Of a stretch of 64,000 bases of DNA, positions 50,536-63,015 are shown in pieces. Every line of letters starts with the position of its first letter. The stretch's first letter is position 1. The position numbers were made by a program, and so were the translations under genes. The DNA lies in assembly GCF_963921235.1 (NCBI RefSeq), contig NC_086115.1:23932001-23996000 (forward strand), in the 5' to 3' direction. This DNA comes from Mobula hypostoma (Eukaryota). The notes beneath the pieces are model-generated. The model was not told the origin of the DNA. It made no database searches and saw only the letters and a list, made by a program, of their open reading frames with translations.

Positions 50536-50974
50536 CAAAATGTTTCTAGACACTCCATCAGAGCAATATTCGGCTTGTAAAGGGACGGTAGTTCAGCTAA
50601 CCAAATGTTTGGTCTGTAAACACACACGTGACAGGAGAAAATGGAGATGGGGAGGAGTTCCAGCGCTCTGCAAGAGGTCAGAGCCGGAAGAGGACAAACA
50701 TCTCTAAAGTTATGGGGCTGGAGAAAAAACTTACAGTAATCAGAGAAATGTCGTGGAGAGATTTGAAAATGCAGGTGGAAAGTTTAAAACTACGAGCGCA
50801 GGGCTACTGGGTGATCAGTTAGGAGAATGGGGGTGATTTTATAGAAGTGTATAAAAATGTTAAGGGCATAGGTATAGTGAATTGCAGTCTTTTTTTTACA
50901 GAATCAAGAACTGAAGAGCAAATTTTTCACCCAGAGGGTGCTCAGTGTATGGGATGAGTGGCCAGAGGAAGTCA

Positions 50975-52832
50975 TGGAGCCATAGGACACTACAGCACAG
51001 AAACAGGCCCTTCAGCCCATCTAATCTGTGCCAAACTATTATTCTGCTTTATCTCATCAACCAGCATCCATATCCCTCCCATCCATGTACCTATCTAAAT
51101 TTCTCTTCAATATCTGAATCAAGTCCTCATCAACCATTTCAGCCAGCAGCTCGTTCCACACTCTCACCACCCTCTGAGTGAAGAAGCCTCCCCTCATGTT
51201 TCCCTTAAACTTTTCACCTTTCACCTTTAATCCATGACCTCTAGTTCCAGTCTCACACAGCCTCAGGGGAAAAGCCTACTTGTATTTACTCTATCAATAC
51301 CCCTCATAATTATGTATACGTCTAACAAATCTCCCTTCATTCCCCTACACTCTGGGAAATAAAGTTCTAACCTATTCAATCTTTTCCTCTAACTCAGCTC
51401 AAGTACCAACTCTTCAAATCTTATTGATATCTTTCCGGTCGGTAGGTCATCAGAACTGTACACGTACTCCAAATTAGGCCTCACCATCATAGCAACACAG
51501 CAACTTCAACATAACATCCCAACTCTTGTACTCAATAGAAACATAGAAACCCTACAGCACAAAACAGGCCCTTCGGCCCACAATGTTTTGCCAAACATGT
51601 CCTTACCTGAGAAATCACCAAGGGTTACCCATAGGCCTCTATTTTTCTGACTTGTCCAGGAGTCTCTTAAAAGACCCTATCGTATTCACCTCCACCACCA
51701 TGGCCAGCAGCCCATTCCAGGCACTCATCACTCTCTGCGTAAAAAACTTACCCCTGACATCTCCTCTGTACCTATTTCCAAGCACCTTAAAACTGTGCCC
51801 TCTTGTGCTAGCCATTTTAGCCCTGGGGAAAAGCCTCTGACTATCCACATGATCAATGCCTCTCATCATCTTATACAACTCTATCAGGTCACCTCTCATC
51901 CTCCATCGCTCCAAGGAGAAAAGGCCAAGTTCACTCAACCTATTCTCATAAGGCATGCTCCTCAATCCAGGCAACATCCTTGTAAATCAATACTTTGATT
52001 TATGAAGGCAAATGTGTCAAAAGCTTTCTTTTCTACTCTATCTACCTGTGACACCACTTCCAAGTGGCTGAGGCAGGTACCTTAGTGTAATAGAGAAGTG
52101 CAGGCCCTTCAGCCCATCTAATCCATGCTGAAACCATTTAAACTGTCTACACCCATCAACTGGACCATAGCCCTCTATACCCCTTCTATCCAGGTACCTA
52201 TCCAAAATTCTGTTAAATGTTGAGATCGAGCTCCCATGTACCATTTGAGCTGGCTGCTCATTCCACACTCATGACTCTCTAAGTGAAGATGTTTCTCCTC
52301 ATGTTTCCCTTAAACCTCACCTTAAGTCATAACCTCTGGTGTAGTCCCACCCAATCTCAGCGGAAGAAGCCTGCTTGCATTTGCCCAATCTGTACCTCCC
52401 AATAATTTTGTATACCTCTGTAAAACTTCCCCTCAATCTTCTACATTCTAAGGAATAACGTCCCAACCGATTTAATCTTTCCTTATATCTCAGGTCCTCC
52501 AGACCCGGCAACATCCTTGTAAATTTTCTGTGCACTCTTTCAACCTTGCTTCCATCTTTCCTGTAGGTAGGTGACCAAAACTGCACACAATTCTCCAAAT
52601 TAGGCCTCACCAATGTCTTGTACAGCTCCAGATTAACATCCTATCTCCTTTACTCAATGCATTGATTTATGAAGGCCTATGTGCCAAAAGATCTCTTTAC
52701 GACCCTATCTCCTTGTGACGCTACTTTCAACGAAATATGTACCTGTCTTCCCAGATCCCTTTGTTCTACCACACTCCTCGGTAGCCTTCTGTTCATTGTG
52801 TATGACCTACCCCAGTTGCTCCAACCTCACAC
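50975..52832 (-). mobile_element. Stack of three CR1 3' fragments (~50975-51535, 51537-51990, 52090-52832)
   Basis: Minus ORFs 51639-51977 and 52317-52613 with VRPNLENCVQFWSP / MRGDLIELYK motifs; three separate tails. Confidence 0.88.
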
Positions 52833-53984
52833 TTGTACAGTGAGCTAAAGCAACCAATGCCTATTGGTCAGCTGACAACCAATCGCAGGCTGATATTCAT
52901 TAATTGATCGTTGTTCTAACCAATGTCTTGAATTTTCTTTGGGTAAGTCATTTAAGGAGTCATGCTTTGGGATGTACAGTTGAGCTTTGCGATTCTGTAC
53001 TTGGGTGGTTTTACGAAACAAAGGAGTATTTCGAGATCCTTTTCCTAGCCTCGGGTCTCACCAGTAGTCATAGGTGACTGAACGCAACAATTTACAACAT
53101 TGTCAAGTTCAGGGGTAGGAAAGGCTGAGAGGGATGTGAGCAAAATGCAGACTTAGACTAGCTTACAGTAGATGGGTATCTAGCTTAGTTGTGCCCAAGG
53201 GCTGGTATCTGTGCTGAGTAACTTTATAACAGGACTTGGTGCAACTAACAGTTCAGCAGCAGACCTCAAGGCATCTGTGTGTGTTCAGGGGAAGATTGAA
53301 AGCTGCCCAAGAAAGCTTTGGTTTATTCCAATCCAGAGGTAACAGGCTCAGGGATAAGGCTTCCACCAACAGAGGAGACGTGGTGGGACATGAACTGAGT
53401 GATGGGAGTGAGGGCCAGCTGACTAAATGCTGGAGTGAAAATCCCCCACTCAGCTTAATCCTGCTCCTTCCAGTACCTGGCATTTCCACCCTCAGAAAAT
53501 TACCGAGTGGGGCAACTGGAGTAACAGGTCCACGTCCGGACACCACACACCAGAAAGGATGGGGAGGATGTTCAACGGGGTGCAGGGGAGATTGACCAGA
53601 ATGATCCCGGTCTGGGAGACTCACCGGAAAAAATTTGACAGGTGAAGCGATGGTTGGTTGCCCTTAGAGTGAAAGAAAGTTGCTGAGAGACTTGCTATAG
53701 CTGTACAAAATAATACCAGGCTTGTGTAAGGTAGATAAAATAAAGTTGTTCCATTAGCCTTTCCAGCTCTGCTTCTCTCCTCTCAAGTGGGTGATGAGGT
53801 TGAAGACACTAAACGGGGACACCTATAGTTAAATCTGTAGCACTAGAGCATTTTGCTCAAAATGACAAACATTAAAGGAACTAAACTGCATTGTGAAAGG
53901 CAGCTTTGTGTCTTTCACGCATAAAAAAATAACCAAGCTTCACAACTCAAGCATTGCATGATGAAGCTTAATGAACTCATAAAG

Positions 53985-55362
53985 GCATAGAGTCAGACAG
54001 CATTGTAAGCAGATCTTTCAGCCCATTTTGGCAAAGCTGACCCCGCATCATCCTCTCTGCTGCACATTCAGCCCATAACCATCCCAGCATCTCCCCTCTA
54101 TGTACACATCCAATTACCTCTTAAATGTTGCAATTGCACCCACCACAACCACTTCCTCTCACAGGTCATTCTTGGGGCTCACTACACTCTGTGTAAAGAA
54201 GCTCCCTTCCAGGTCCTTTTTAAATCTCTCCCTCTTATTTGTGCCCTCTAGCTTTGGACTCCCCAACCCTGGGGAAAAGACTATGACCCCTCCTGATTTT
54301 ATAAGTTTCTATAAATTCACCTCTCATTCTCCAAGGAATAAATGTCCATCGTGGCCAATGTCTCCCTTTAACCCATGCCTTCTAATCCAGGCAGAATCCT
54401 CATAAATCTCCTCTGCGCCTCCCCTATAACGACACTGCAAGTGCATTCTCACCAACGATCGGTATACTGTAATTGCAACATAATGCCCCTAGTCCTAAAT
54501 GCAATACTCTGACTGATGAGGGCCAGCATGTTAAACACCTTCTTCACCACAGTATCTGCTTGCATGCTGCTTTTAGCAAACTGTGCACTTGCACCCCCAG
54601 GTCCTTCTATTTCACAGCACTTGTCCATGCTCTGCTATCACTGTACACGTCCTACCCTGGTTCGACTGTACAGAATTCATCACTTCACAAATATCTACGT
54701 TCAAATCTTCAGCTCATCTCCCTAACTGATCAAGATCTCTTTGTAATTCATTGTATTATTGCTTCACTATCGACAAGAAAGCTGGAAGGAAAAAGAAGCA
54801 GAGGCAGACAGAGAATGAAAATGATGGATGGAATAACAAAATGGTTAGAAACAGGGGAGGCAACAACTACAATTTGGAGGGTCAGGGACTGTGATGGATG
54901 GAGAGACATGATCGCCCACGCCGAGCGGCAAGGCACCTGAATGAATGAATCAACAAGATTCCTAATTTAGTATCATCAGCAAACCTGCTAATTGTGCCAT
55001 GAACATTTGCATCCAAATCATTTACATAAATAATGAATAAGAGAGGTGCCAACACTGACCCCGGGGTCCTCCACTAAGCACAGACTTGCAGTCAGAGATT
55101 TGACCTTCAAGCCTCTGCTTTCTGCCATTGAGCCAATTCTGACTCCATCTTGCTAGACCGTCCTCAATCTTTGCAGCCTAATCGTCCAAATCAGCCTGCC
55201 GTTGTCAAAGATCTTACTAAAGGCCATATAAACAGCATCCACAGCTCTAACTACCTATCCCATAGTTACCTCTTCAGAAAACCCCAGAAGATTCATCAGC
55301 CATGACCTTCCATAAACAAAACCATGCAAACTATTGCGAAAAGGACTTGACTATCCAAGTGA
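53985..55362 (-). mobile_element. Old CR1 fragment
   Basis: Collinear with the other minus-strand CR1 copies (gtatcatcagcaaac = FADDT on the minus strand). Confidence 0.75.
54779..54948 (+). mobile_element. RTE-clade LINE 3' stub nested in CR1
   Basis: KLEGKRSRGRQRMKMMDGI..RDCDGWRDMI..RQGT* then (TGAA)n tail; flanked by atcgacaaga / atcaacaaga (10-bp TSD, 1 mismatch). Confidence 0.85.
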
Positions 55363-55369
55363 TCAAAAT

Positions 55370-57100
55370 TCAAAAGTTCAAAGTAAACTTATTATCAAAG
55401 TACACGTCTGTCACCATATACAACCCTGAGATTCATTTTCTTGTGGGCAATCACAGTAAATACCAGAAATATATATAGAAGCAATGAAAGACTGCACCCA
55501 ACAGGATGGACAACAACCAGTATGCAAAAAAAAAACAACCAACTGTGCAAATACAAAAAGAAAGTGAGAAAATAAAATATTAATCATTTTAAAAATAAAT
55601 AAATATTTATATATTTGTGAATTGTATTAATACTTAACAAATAACACAATAAATATCAAGAGCATGAGATGGAGAGTGCTTGAAAATGAATCTAGCTCAA
55701 TGGAAACCATTCAGTGATGGGTGAGTGATGTTGAGTGAAGTTATCCCTTCTGGCTCAGGAGCCTGATGGTTGAGGAGTAATAACTGTTCCTGAACCTTGG
55801 GGCTCCATTATCTTCTTCCCGATGGCAGCAGTGGGAAGAGAAAATGACCTGGATGGTGAGAGCCCTTGATGATGGATGCTGCTTTCCTGGAACAGCCCTC
55901 CATGTAGATGTGCTCAATGATGGGGAGGGCTTCACCCGTGATGGACTGGGACATACCCACTACTTTTTGTAGGCCTTATCATACAAGGGCATTGATGTTT
56001 CCATACCAGGCCATGATGCAACCAGTCAATATACTCTCCACCACACATCTATCGAAGTTTGTCAAAGTTTTAGATGACATGTCGAATCTTCACAGACTTC
56101 TAAGTTTGTGAAGTCAAGATGGCGCTAAACAGCGACTCCTTTGCTTGCATCTTCAGAAACAGCTCTATTTCCACCTTTAATATCTCTATTTTTCCCTTTC
56201 AGGGTTCTTTTGAACACTCTGACCTGGAGTTACACGCTGTCAACGGTTCTTTGCGGGAATGGGACCCGCTCTCGGGGTTTCAGGACTGGCCACTGGTCGG
56301 CACGCCAAGGGTTTGCCCTGCGAGTCCAGCTCGGATTTAGAAGCCTAAGATCTCAGGGCTCTAGAGACTGGCGGATCGAGGGTCAGTGTCACAGCAGGAG
56401 GTCCGTGTGTCGTCGGGGAATCCAAAAATCTTCTGCTGTGTGCCCGAAGACTCAGGATCTTTGAGATCTTTGGGAACAGAGCTCAGAAAAAGCGGCATGA
56501 CAGACTTTTAACATCGTAAACCAGCGAGTTGTTTGTTATGTCTCCCCACTCACTGGGAAAAATGGAGACACCTCCCTCTCCCTTATTAAGGAGAGAGAGA
56601 ACCTGTGGTATGTCAAATGCCAGGTGAAACGCAAAGTCTTTGGGGTAACTGCAAGTCTGTGTCTTTGCTGTTGCTTCGCTCTCGCTTGAGTGCTCGGTGG
56701 TGGGTGCTGATGTTTTTTTTGTTGGTGGGGGAGGGGGATCGTTGCTTTGCTGCTGCTTATGCGTGGGAGGGAGGGGAGCTGGGGGGACTTTGGGGTTCTT
56801 ATGTTTTACAGTCATTCATTCTTTGGGGCACTCCTCTGTTTTTTGTGGATGTTTGTGAAGGAAAAGCATTTCGGGATGTATATGGTATACATTTCTCTGA
56901 CATTAAATTGGACCTTTGAACCTTTGAAAGTAGGGGCATTGCTGTGTTTTCTTCATAATGCCATTTAGATGCTGGACACAGGACAGATCCCCTGAAATGA
57001 TAACACAGAGGAATTTAAAGTTACTTACCCTCTCCACCTCTGATTTCCCAATGAGGACTGGTTCATGGCCCTCTGGTTTCCTCCTCCTGAAGTCAATAAG
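55370..57100 (-). mobile_element. Rex1/Babar 3' part with nested non-autonomous element (56113-56926, +)
   Basis: LIDFRRRKPEGHEPVLIGKSEVERVSNFKFL; insert from gtcaagatggcgc to cctttgaacctttga, flanked by aagt. Confidence 0.82.
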
Positions 57101-58569
57101 TGATAGCAGATCTTCTCCCTCAGAATTCACTCCAATAACTTTCTTACAATTGAAGTCAGGCTCACTGGCTCTTAATACAAGCAGAGAACGACAGGAAATT
57201 CTGTAGGTGTTTGTCATAAGAGAAACAAGTTAGATGAAGCTGAAGTTCAGCATTTTCTTTTCTAAACCCCTCTGGACTGGCAGTCCATGTAACGTACACT
57301 TCCGCAGAGAAGCCACAACTCAGGGTCCTTCGAGTCTGGATTCAACCTCCAAAGCCTTCGGAAACATTAATGCTCAGATCATAGCTTGAGTCAATCTCAT
57401 TTATCACTTCTTCAAATACATCAAATATTACCCTTACTACAAGGCACTAAACCAACAAAATCATGGAATCAAAGCAAACAGATTGAAGATTGTGATCTAA
57501 GGGGAGAGTGGTGAAATCAGTTCTGTGCAGACAAAGAATTTATCACAAAAAGTGTGATTTGATTTTAGGTCTGTGCTTTATAGAATTGTGGCTGACACAG
57601 TGATGAGTTTACATTGTTAATACAGGTAGGAGTAGCACCAAGCCCTCTGCCTGTCACATTTACTTCCCAAACCACAAAATCATGGCTGATCTTCGCAGCT
57701 CTGTCTTCCTGCACTATTCCCATACCTCTTGATTCTCTTCGTGGGCTGAAATGATTGCCCTCTGTTTCGGTTTATCATCGTGTCCAAGTTTCTCCACAGC
57801 ACGGTGGCACCAGACTGTGTGACAACACGTGTGGGCTGCCCCCAGCACCTCCCTAGGTTGTGTCAATTGTTAACGCAAAGTTTGACTGTATGTATTGATG
57901 TATGTACCTCTACATGAGATAAATCAGTCTGAATGAAAATCGAGATCACAGTGGTAAGTAATGTCGACACTTCATTACTCTCTGATTAAAGGATTTCCTT
58001 CATACCTCTGAAGTAGCTGATATCATACTTTGTGACCACAATATCTGGTTCTAGATTTACCAGCTTGGAAAAATCTTCCTGGCATCCACATTGTCACACC
58101 CTGTAAGAGTTAACTAAGTTTCAATGGGGTCACCATTCATTCTTCGAAATGCTAAAGAGCACAGGCTCGGTCTACCCCATTGCTCCTGCTATGGTGTGCC
58201 TGCTGTAGCAGGAACGGTACGACTGACCATTGCTGCATTCTTTCTCAGGCACGTCCCTCCTTCAGGGAGGGAGGTCAAAGCTGCACGCAACTCTCTACAT
58301 GTGTAGACTCGCCAGGGCCCTACGTTGTTGTTACTAGGCGGATAGGAGAGCTCCTTAATGGGTAATTAAAACTGTCCAAAGCATCACCAACAGCAGTCTA
58401 CCCACCATCAAGGGTGTATACTGTATACAGAAAGGTGATGGATAATAATAAGGGCCAATATTAATGATAAAGGTTATTTAAAGTGAATTCTTGTGGACTT
58501 GAGGGGGTTACTCAAGAGACTTGGGAATGAAAAAAAATCAAGATTTTTCAACCTATAGGTAATGTTCTT

Positions 58570-58930
58570 CAAGGGGTGTATAAGATCATGATGGGGGTAG
58601 ATAGGGTGAGTGTGCACAGCCTTTTTCCCAGGGTTGGGGAATCAAGAACTAGAGGGGTCTCGGTTTAAGGAAAGAGGGGAGAGATTTAATAAAAAGCTGA
58701 GGAGCAACATTTTCACTCAGAGGGTGTGGAGTAAAAAGAGGAAGTTTTCGGAGAAAGTGGTTGAGGCAGGTACATAAAAAGCATTTTACAGGTACTTGGT
58801 CAGGTATACAGACAGGAAAACTTTAGAAGGGTATGAGGCAAACATGGGCAAATGGGACTAGCTTAGATGGGAGCCTTGGTCAGCATGGACCAGTTGACTC
58901 AACGAGCTCATTTCCATGCTGTACAGCTCT
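58570..58930 (+). mobile_element. CR1 3' end (older)
   Basis: tataagatcatg..gataggg..actagaggg..ttttcactcagaggg..ccatgctgtac. Confidence 0.75.
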
Positions 58931-59378
58931 AGGACGCCATGTTAGAATGAATAGAGAACAAAGCGAAGTCACAGAGTTAATGCCCGACAGAGTTTGGCCA
59001 TAAAAGAACAGGTTCTCATCTATGAAGGTACTATAGTTGAGAAGGAGTGCTCAGGTCAGTCATCAGAAGACATACAATACCTTGACCATCAGATGGTCAT
59101 ATTGAAAATATTGATCATCGGGTGGTCAAACATTCTCAGGGTTGAACTCATAACTCGGGGAAAACGGTACTGCTGGCTGCGGTGCCAACCATTGCTTTAA
59201 TTTTTTCAACTGTGTGCAGTTAGTGCCTAAAAAAAAAGTTGCCACATGATTTAATCTCTAAACTAATGCATTCAGAGTGGGGAAGGAAACATCTCTGTAA
59301 ATGAGGGGAACCCCTTAAGGTTGAACAACAGGGCACCAGATTACACAGTTATGAATGTGATGGGCATGCTGGCAGATA

Positions 59379-59437
59379 GCAAGGATATGCTCCAGTGGGC
59401 AAGGAGATGCTCCAGCGGGCAAGGAGATTCTCCAGGG
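59379..59437. repeat. 20-bp tandem repeat x3
   Basis: gcaaggatatgctccagtgg / gcaaggagatgctccagcgg / gcaaggagattctccaggg. Confidence 0.9.
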
Positions 59438-60324
59438 ACTCAGAGAGAAAAGAAATTGGAATGTGCAAACACAGAAAAGGCAAACGCAGAGGCAGAATAG
59501 GATCCAGAAAGTACCGTTGTGTCCAAAGTGCGGCAAAGAACTGAAAAGTGCTTTCGATATTAAATAGTTGAGTCAATGAACATGGGAATTGCATAAAAGA
59601 TGCAATGAGATGGGAGACCAGCACAGAATAGGAAATGCTCTGTATGAATGCTTCTTCCATTCACAACAGGAGACGTGAGCCACATACAAATTAAACTTAA
59701 CCCAATTATTATCAATGGCTTCATTATTAGTGAGTCTGAAGGACCAAGCAGTCCAAAAGGGCTAAAAGCAAATAAATCACTAGGCTTGGATGACATTTAA
59801 TGCAGAGGTCAGAGAGAGACAAGGGAGAAGATTTATGAGGCTATAATAATCATTATGCTCCATTAAAGAAGGTAAGTGAGGAAAGGCAGAGAGTTATGGA
59901 CCTCTGTCTAATATAAGTCGCTGGGAAATTACTAGAATCTATAATTATGAATTGAGTGACTGAACATGTTCTGCTGACTGGTAAGAGCCCATGTGGACTA
60001 GGCTGTGACTCAGTAACTTGATTTATGGTTTCAAAGCCGGGGAAAAGGAGGCAAAAGTGATCAGAATCTTGTATTCAAAGAGAAGTCGGATATTAAAGTA
60101 CTCAAACTGACTAAGGCCAAGAAGTATGAGGGCTGAACTGGCCAGAGTGAAAAGTTAGATTGAAAGGTTTTCCAAAATGAATAGATATCTCAATTTAAAG
60201 TGGGGATAAACAACTTCCAATGGGGAGAACATGATGTTAGGGATCAATCTGTGAACAATCAGATCAAAATCAAGTTTATTTTCACTGACGTATGTCAAGA
60301 AATTTGTTGTTTTGAAGCAGAATA

Positions 60325-60952
60325 CGAGGGGTGATTGATAAGTTTGTGGCCTAAGGTAGACGGAATCAATTTTAGAAAACCTGGCACATTTATTTTTTGT
60401 TACATTTACACACTTAGTCCAGCGGTCGTGGAGCATACGGGTCCCTTCTTTGTAGAAGTCAGCGTCTTGGACCTCCAGAAGTGGACCACAGCCGGGGTAA
60501 TTGATAAGTTTGTGGCCTAAGGTAGAAGGAGGTGTTATTAACTTCAAACTTTCTGCATTTTCACTCAGAGTTGAACTGCACATGCATGTAATGAGAACTG
60601 TATAACTCATCTCCTTCTACCTTAGGCCACAAACTTATCAATCACCCTTGCTGTGGACCACCCAGAGGTCCAAGACGCTCTCATTACATGCACGTGCAGT
60701 TCAACTCTTTGAGTGATAATGCAGAAAGTTTGAAGTTAATAACTCATCTCCTTCTACCTTAGGTCAAATTCACCCCTGGGGTATCAATCACCCCTGCTGT
60801 GGACCACTACTACAAAGAAGGATCCATATGCTCCACAACCGCTGGACTAAGTGCGCACGTGTAGGAGGGGACTATGTTGAAAAATAAATGTGCTAGGTTT
60901 TCTAAAATTGACTGCTTCTACCTTAGGCCACGAACATATCAATCACCCCTCG
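60325..60952. mobile_element. Mariner-derived fold-back MITE (628 bp) with five TIR copies
   Basis: TA|cgaggggtgattgataagtttgtggcctaaggtaga ... tctaccttaggccacgaacatatcaatcacccctcg|TA; mariner C-terminus (RWTKC..GDYVEK*) on both strands. Confidence 0.92.
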
Positions 60953-61114
60953 TACATTGCAAGACGTAAAATGCACATTAAATTGCAGTAAGAAATATAC
61001 TAATAAAGAAAAATTAGTAGTGCAAAAAGAGAGGAAAAATGGTGAGATAGTGTTCACGGGTTCATTGGCTGTTCAGAAATCTGATGGTGGAGGGGAAGAA
61101 AAAGTTGAGTGTGT

Positions 61115-61390
61115 AGTTCTTGGAAGCAGGTACAGAGGGGATGTCAGGGGTAAGTTTTTCACAGAGAGAGTGGTGGGTGTGTGGAATGCACTGCTGGCAG
61201 CGGTGGTGGAAGCAGATACAATAGGGTCTTTAAAAGTCTCTTAGGCAGGTACATGGAGCTTAGAAAAACAGAGGGCTATGCGCGCGGGAAATTCTAGGCA
61301 GTTTCTAGAGTAGGTTACATGGTCGGCACAACATTGTGGGCCAAAGGGCCTGTAATGTGCTGTAAATTTTCAGCGTTCTATGTTTCTATG
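61115..61390 (+). mobile_element. Young CR1 3' stub nested in a Rex1-type repeat
   Basis: VLGSRYRGDVRGKFFTERVVGVWNAL; tail ttctatgtttcta; flanked by tgtgtg. Confidence 0.85.
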
Positions 61391-62569
61391 TGTGTCTTCA
61401 GGCTTCTATACCTTCTCCCTGATGACAGTAATGAGAAGAGGGCATGTCCCGGGTGGTGAGAATCCTTCATGATGGATGTCAACTTTTTGAGGCATCACCT
61501 TTTGAAAACGTGCTCGATGATAGGGAGGTTAGTGCCCATGATAGAGCTGGCTGAGTTTACAATCCTCTGCAGCTTTTCCAATCCTGTGCAGCTAAGTGAT
61601 GTCAAAGATACGCAATTAAAAAATATTTGTGATGTTTTTAAGGATCGTGGGTAGCAGGGCAGTGACAGTTCTCTACCAAAGGAGGTGTAAGGCACTCCTT
61701 CCCGCTGTTAGTCATTCTTGGGCAAGGAGTAGTACCTGCTTAGCCCCCAATCAGGGTCACCTGAGGCCATGGGAGTAGGTGGTGGATGGTCGTATGTCAC
61801 AAGTCCTGCTTATGAGACCACTGACACCAGGCAGACAACCTCTGAAAAGTATTGATAATGGCCGGGGCCCCTGTCTTGTGAAGACACTGCCCAGAAGAAG
61901 GTAATTCTGTAGAAAAATTCGCCAAGAACAATCATGGTCATCAACCAAGACCATTCGCGTCATATGACATGACACATGCCTGAGGACAGGGGTAGTTTTA
62001 GTAAACAGAAATGTAATTTGCTAAAGGATGAAGAAATTGGCAAGAATAGGGGAGTGTTGGAACTGCCAAAGCCAAATATAAGATAGAGCAGCAGATGTAA
62101 ATGAGGGCCTCATTAAGACAATGAGGGAATAAATTACAATGGAGATGAAGAAATGACTGAGACATGAAACAAGGATTTTTCCATCCATCTATTGCAGAAG
62201 GCACAGCAAATGTAACAAAAATGGAATTGAAGGTTAAGTGAAAATGAGGATAAAGGAGCTCATGCCAAGACACGAGGAAGAAGACACAAGAGTCTGCAGA
62301 TGCTGGAATCTGCAGCAACAACCAGTCTGCTGGAGGGACCCAAAGGGTAGAGCAACATCAGTGGGAGGAAGGAAATTCTGGGGTAAACCCTACATCAGGA
62401 CTGAGAGAGGAGAGGTGAGAGGGCAGGCATAGAGAGGAGGGGGGGAGTGGTGAGAAAGGATTCTGAGGCAACTGGTGGACTAGGTGGGAGGTAAGTGGCT
62501 GGCAGATACAGCCACCTAGGGAGGTTGATTTGGATGACCATGGCAGGTGAATGACAGTTGGAGGCAGAC

Positions 62570-62571
<2 letters not shown>

Positions 62572-62608
<37 letters not shown>
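62572..62608. repeat. (GA)n microsatellite
   Basis: Direct observation. Confidence 0.97.
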
Positions 62609-62612
<4 letters not shown>

Positions 62613-62904
62613 TAAAGAAAAACAACAGATGGAACATGATGGGGAGGAAGACAAACAGAACAACAAAGCACTTCCAGAGCTGGATTTAGATAAGGAGGTA
62701 AGAATGGGAACAGTTAGAGAAGAAGGAAGAGGTGACACCCAGCTGTAACCAGACAATGCTCTGAAGGAATGAAGGAAGCTAAAACCTGACAAAGTTCTTC
62801 TGATTTGATGCCCTCCATCCCCGGTTTGTAAAAGAGCAACAAATAGTGGCTACATTATGAATTTTCTAGATATACTAAGTGGAAAAGTGATTTTCTTACT
62901 CCAA

Positions 62905-63015
62905 CTCATCTTTTCCTCCAGTCCTGCCGAAGGGTCTCGGCCCAAAACATTGACTGTACTCTTCTCCATAGATACTGCCCGGTCTGCTGAGTTCCTCCAG
63001 CATTTTGTGTGCTTT
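62905..63015 (+). mobile_element. Penelope-type tail with decayed hammerhead core
   Basis: cagtcctgccgaagggtctcggcccaaaacattgactgt...ctgctgagttcctccagcattttgtgtg. Confidence 0.75.
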
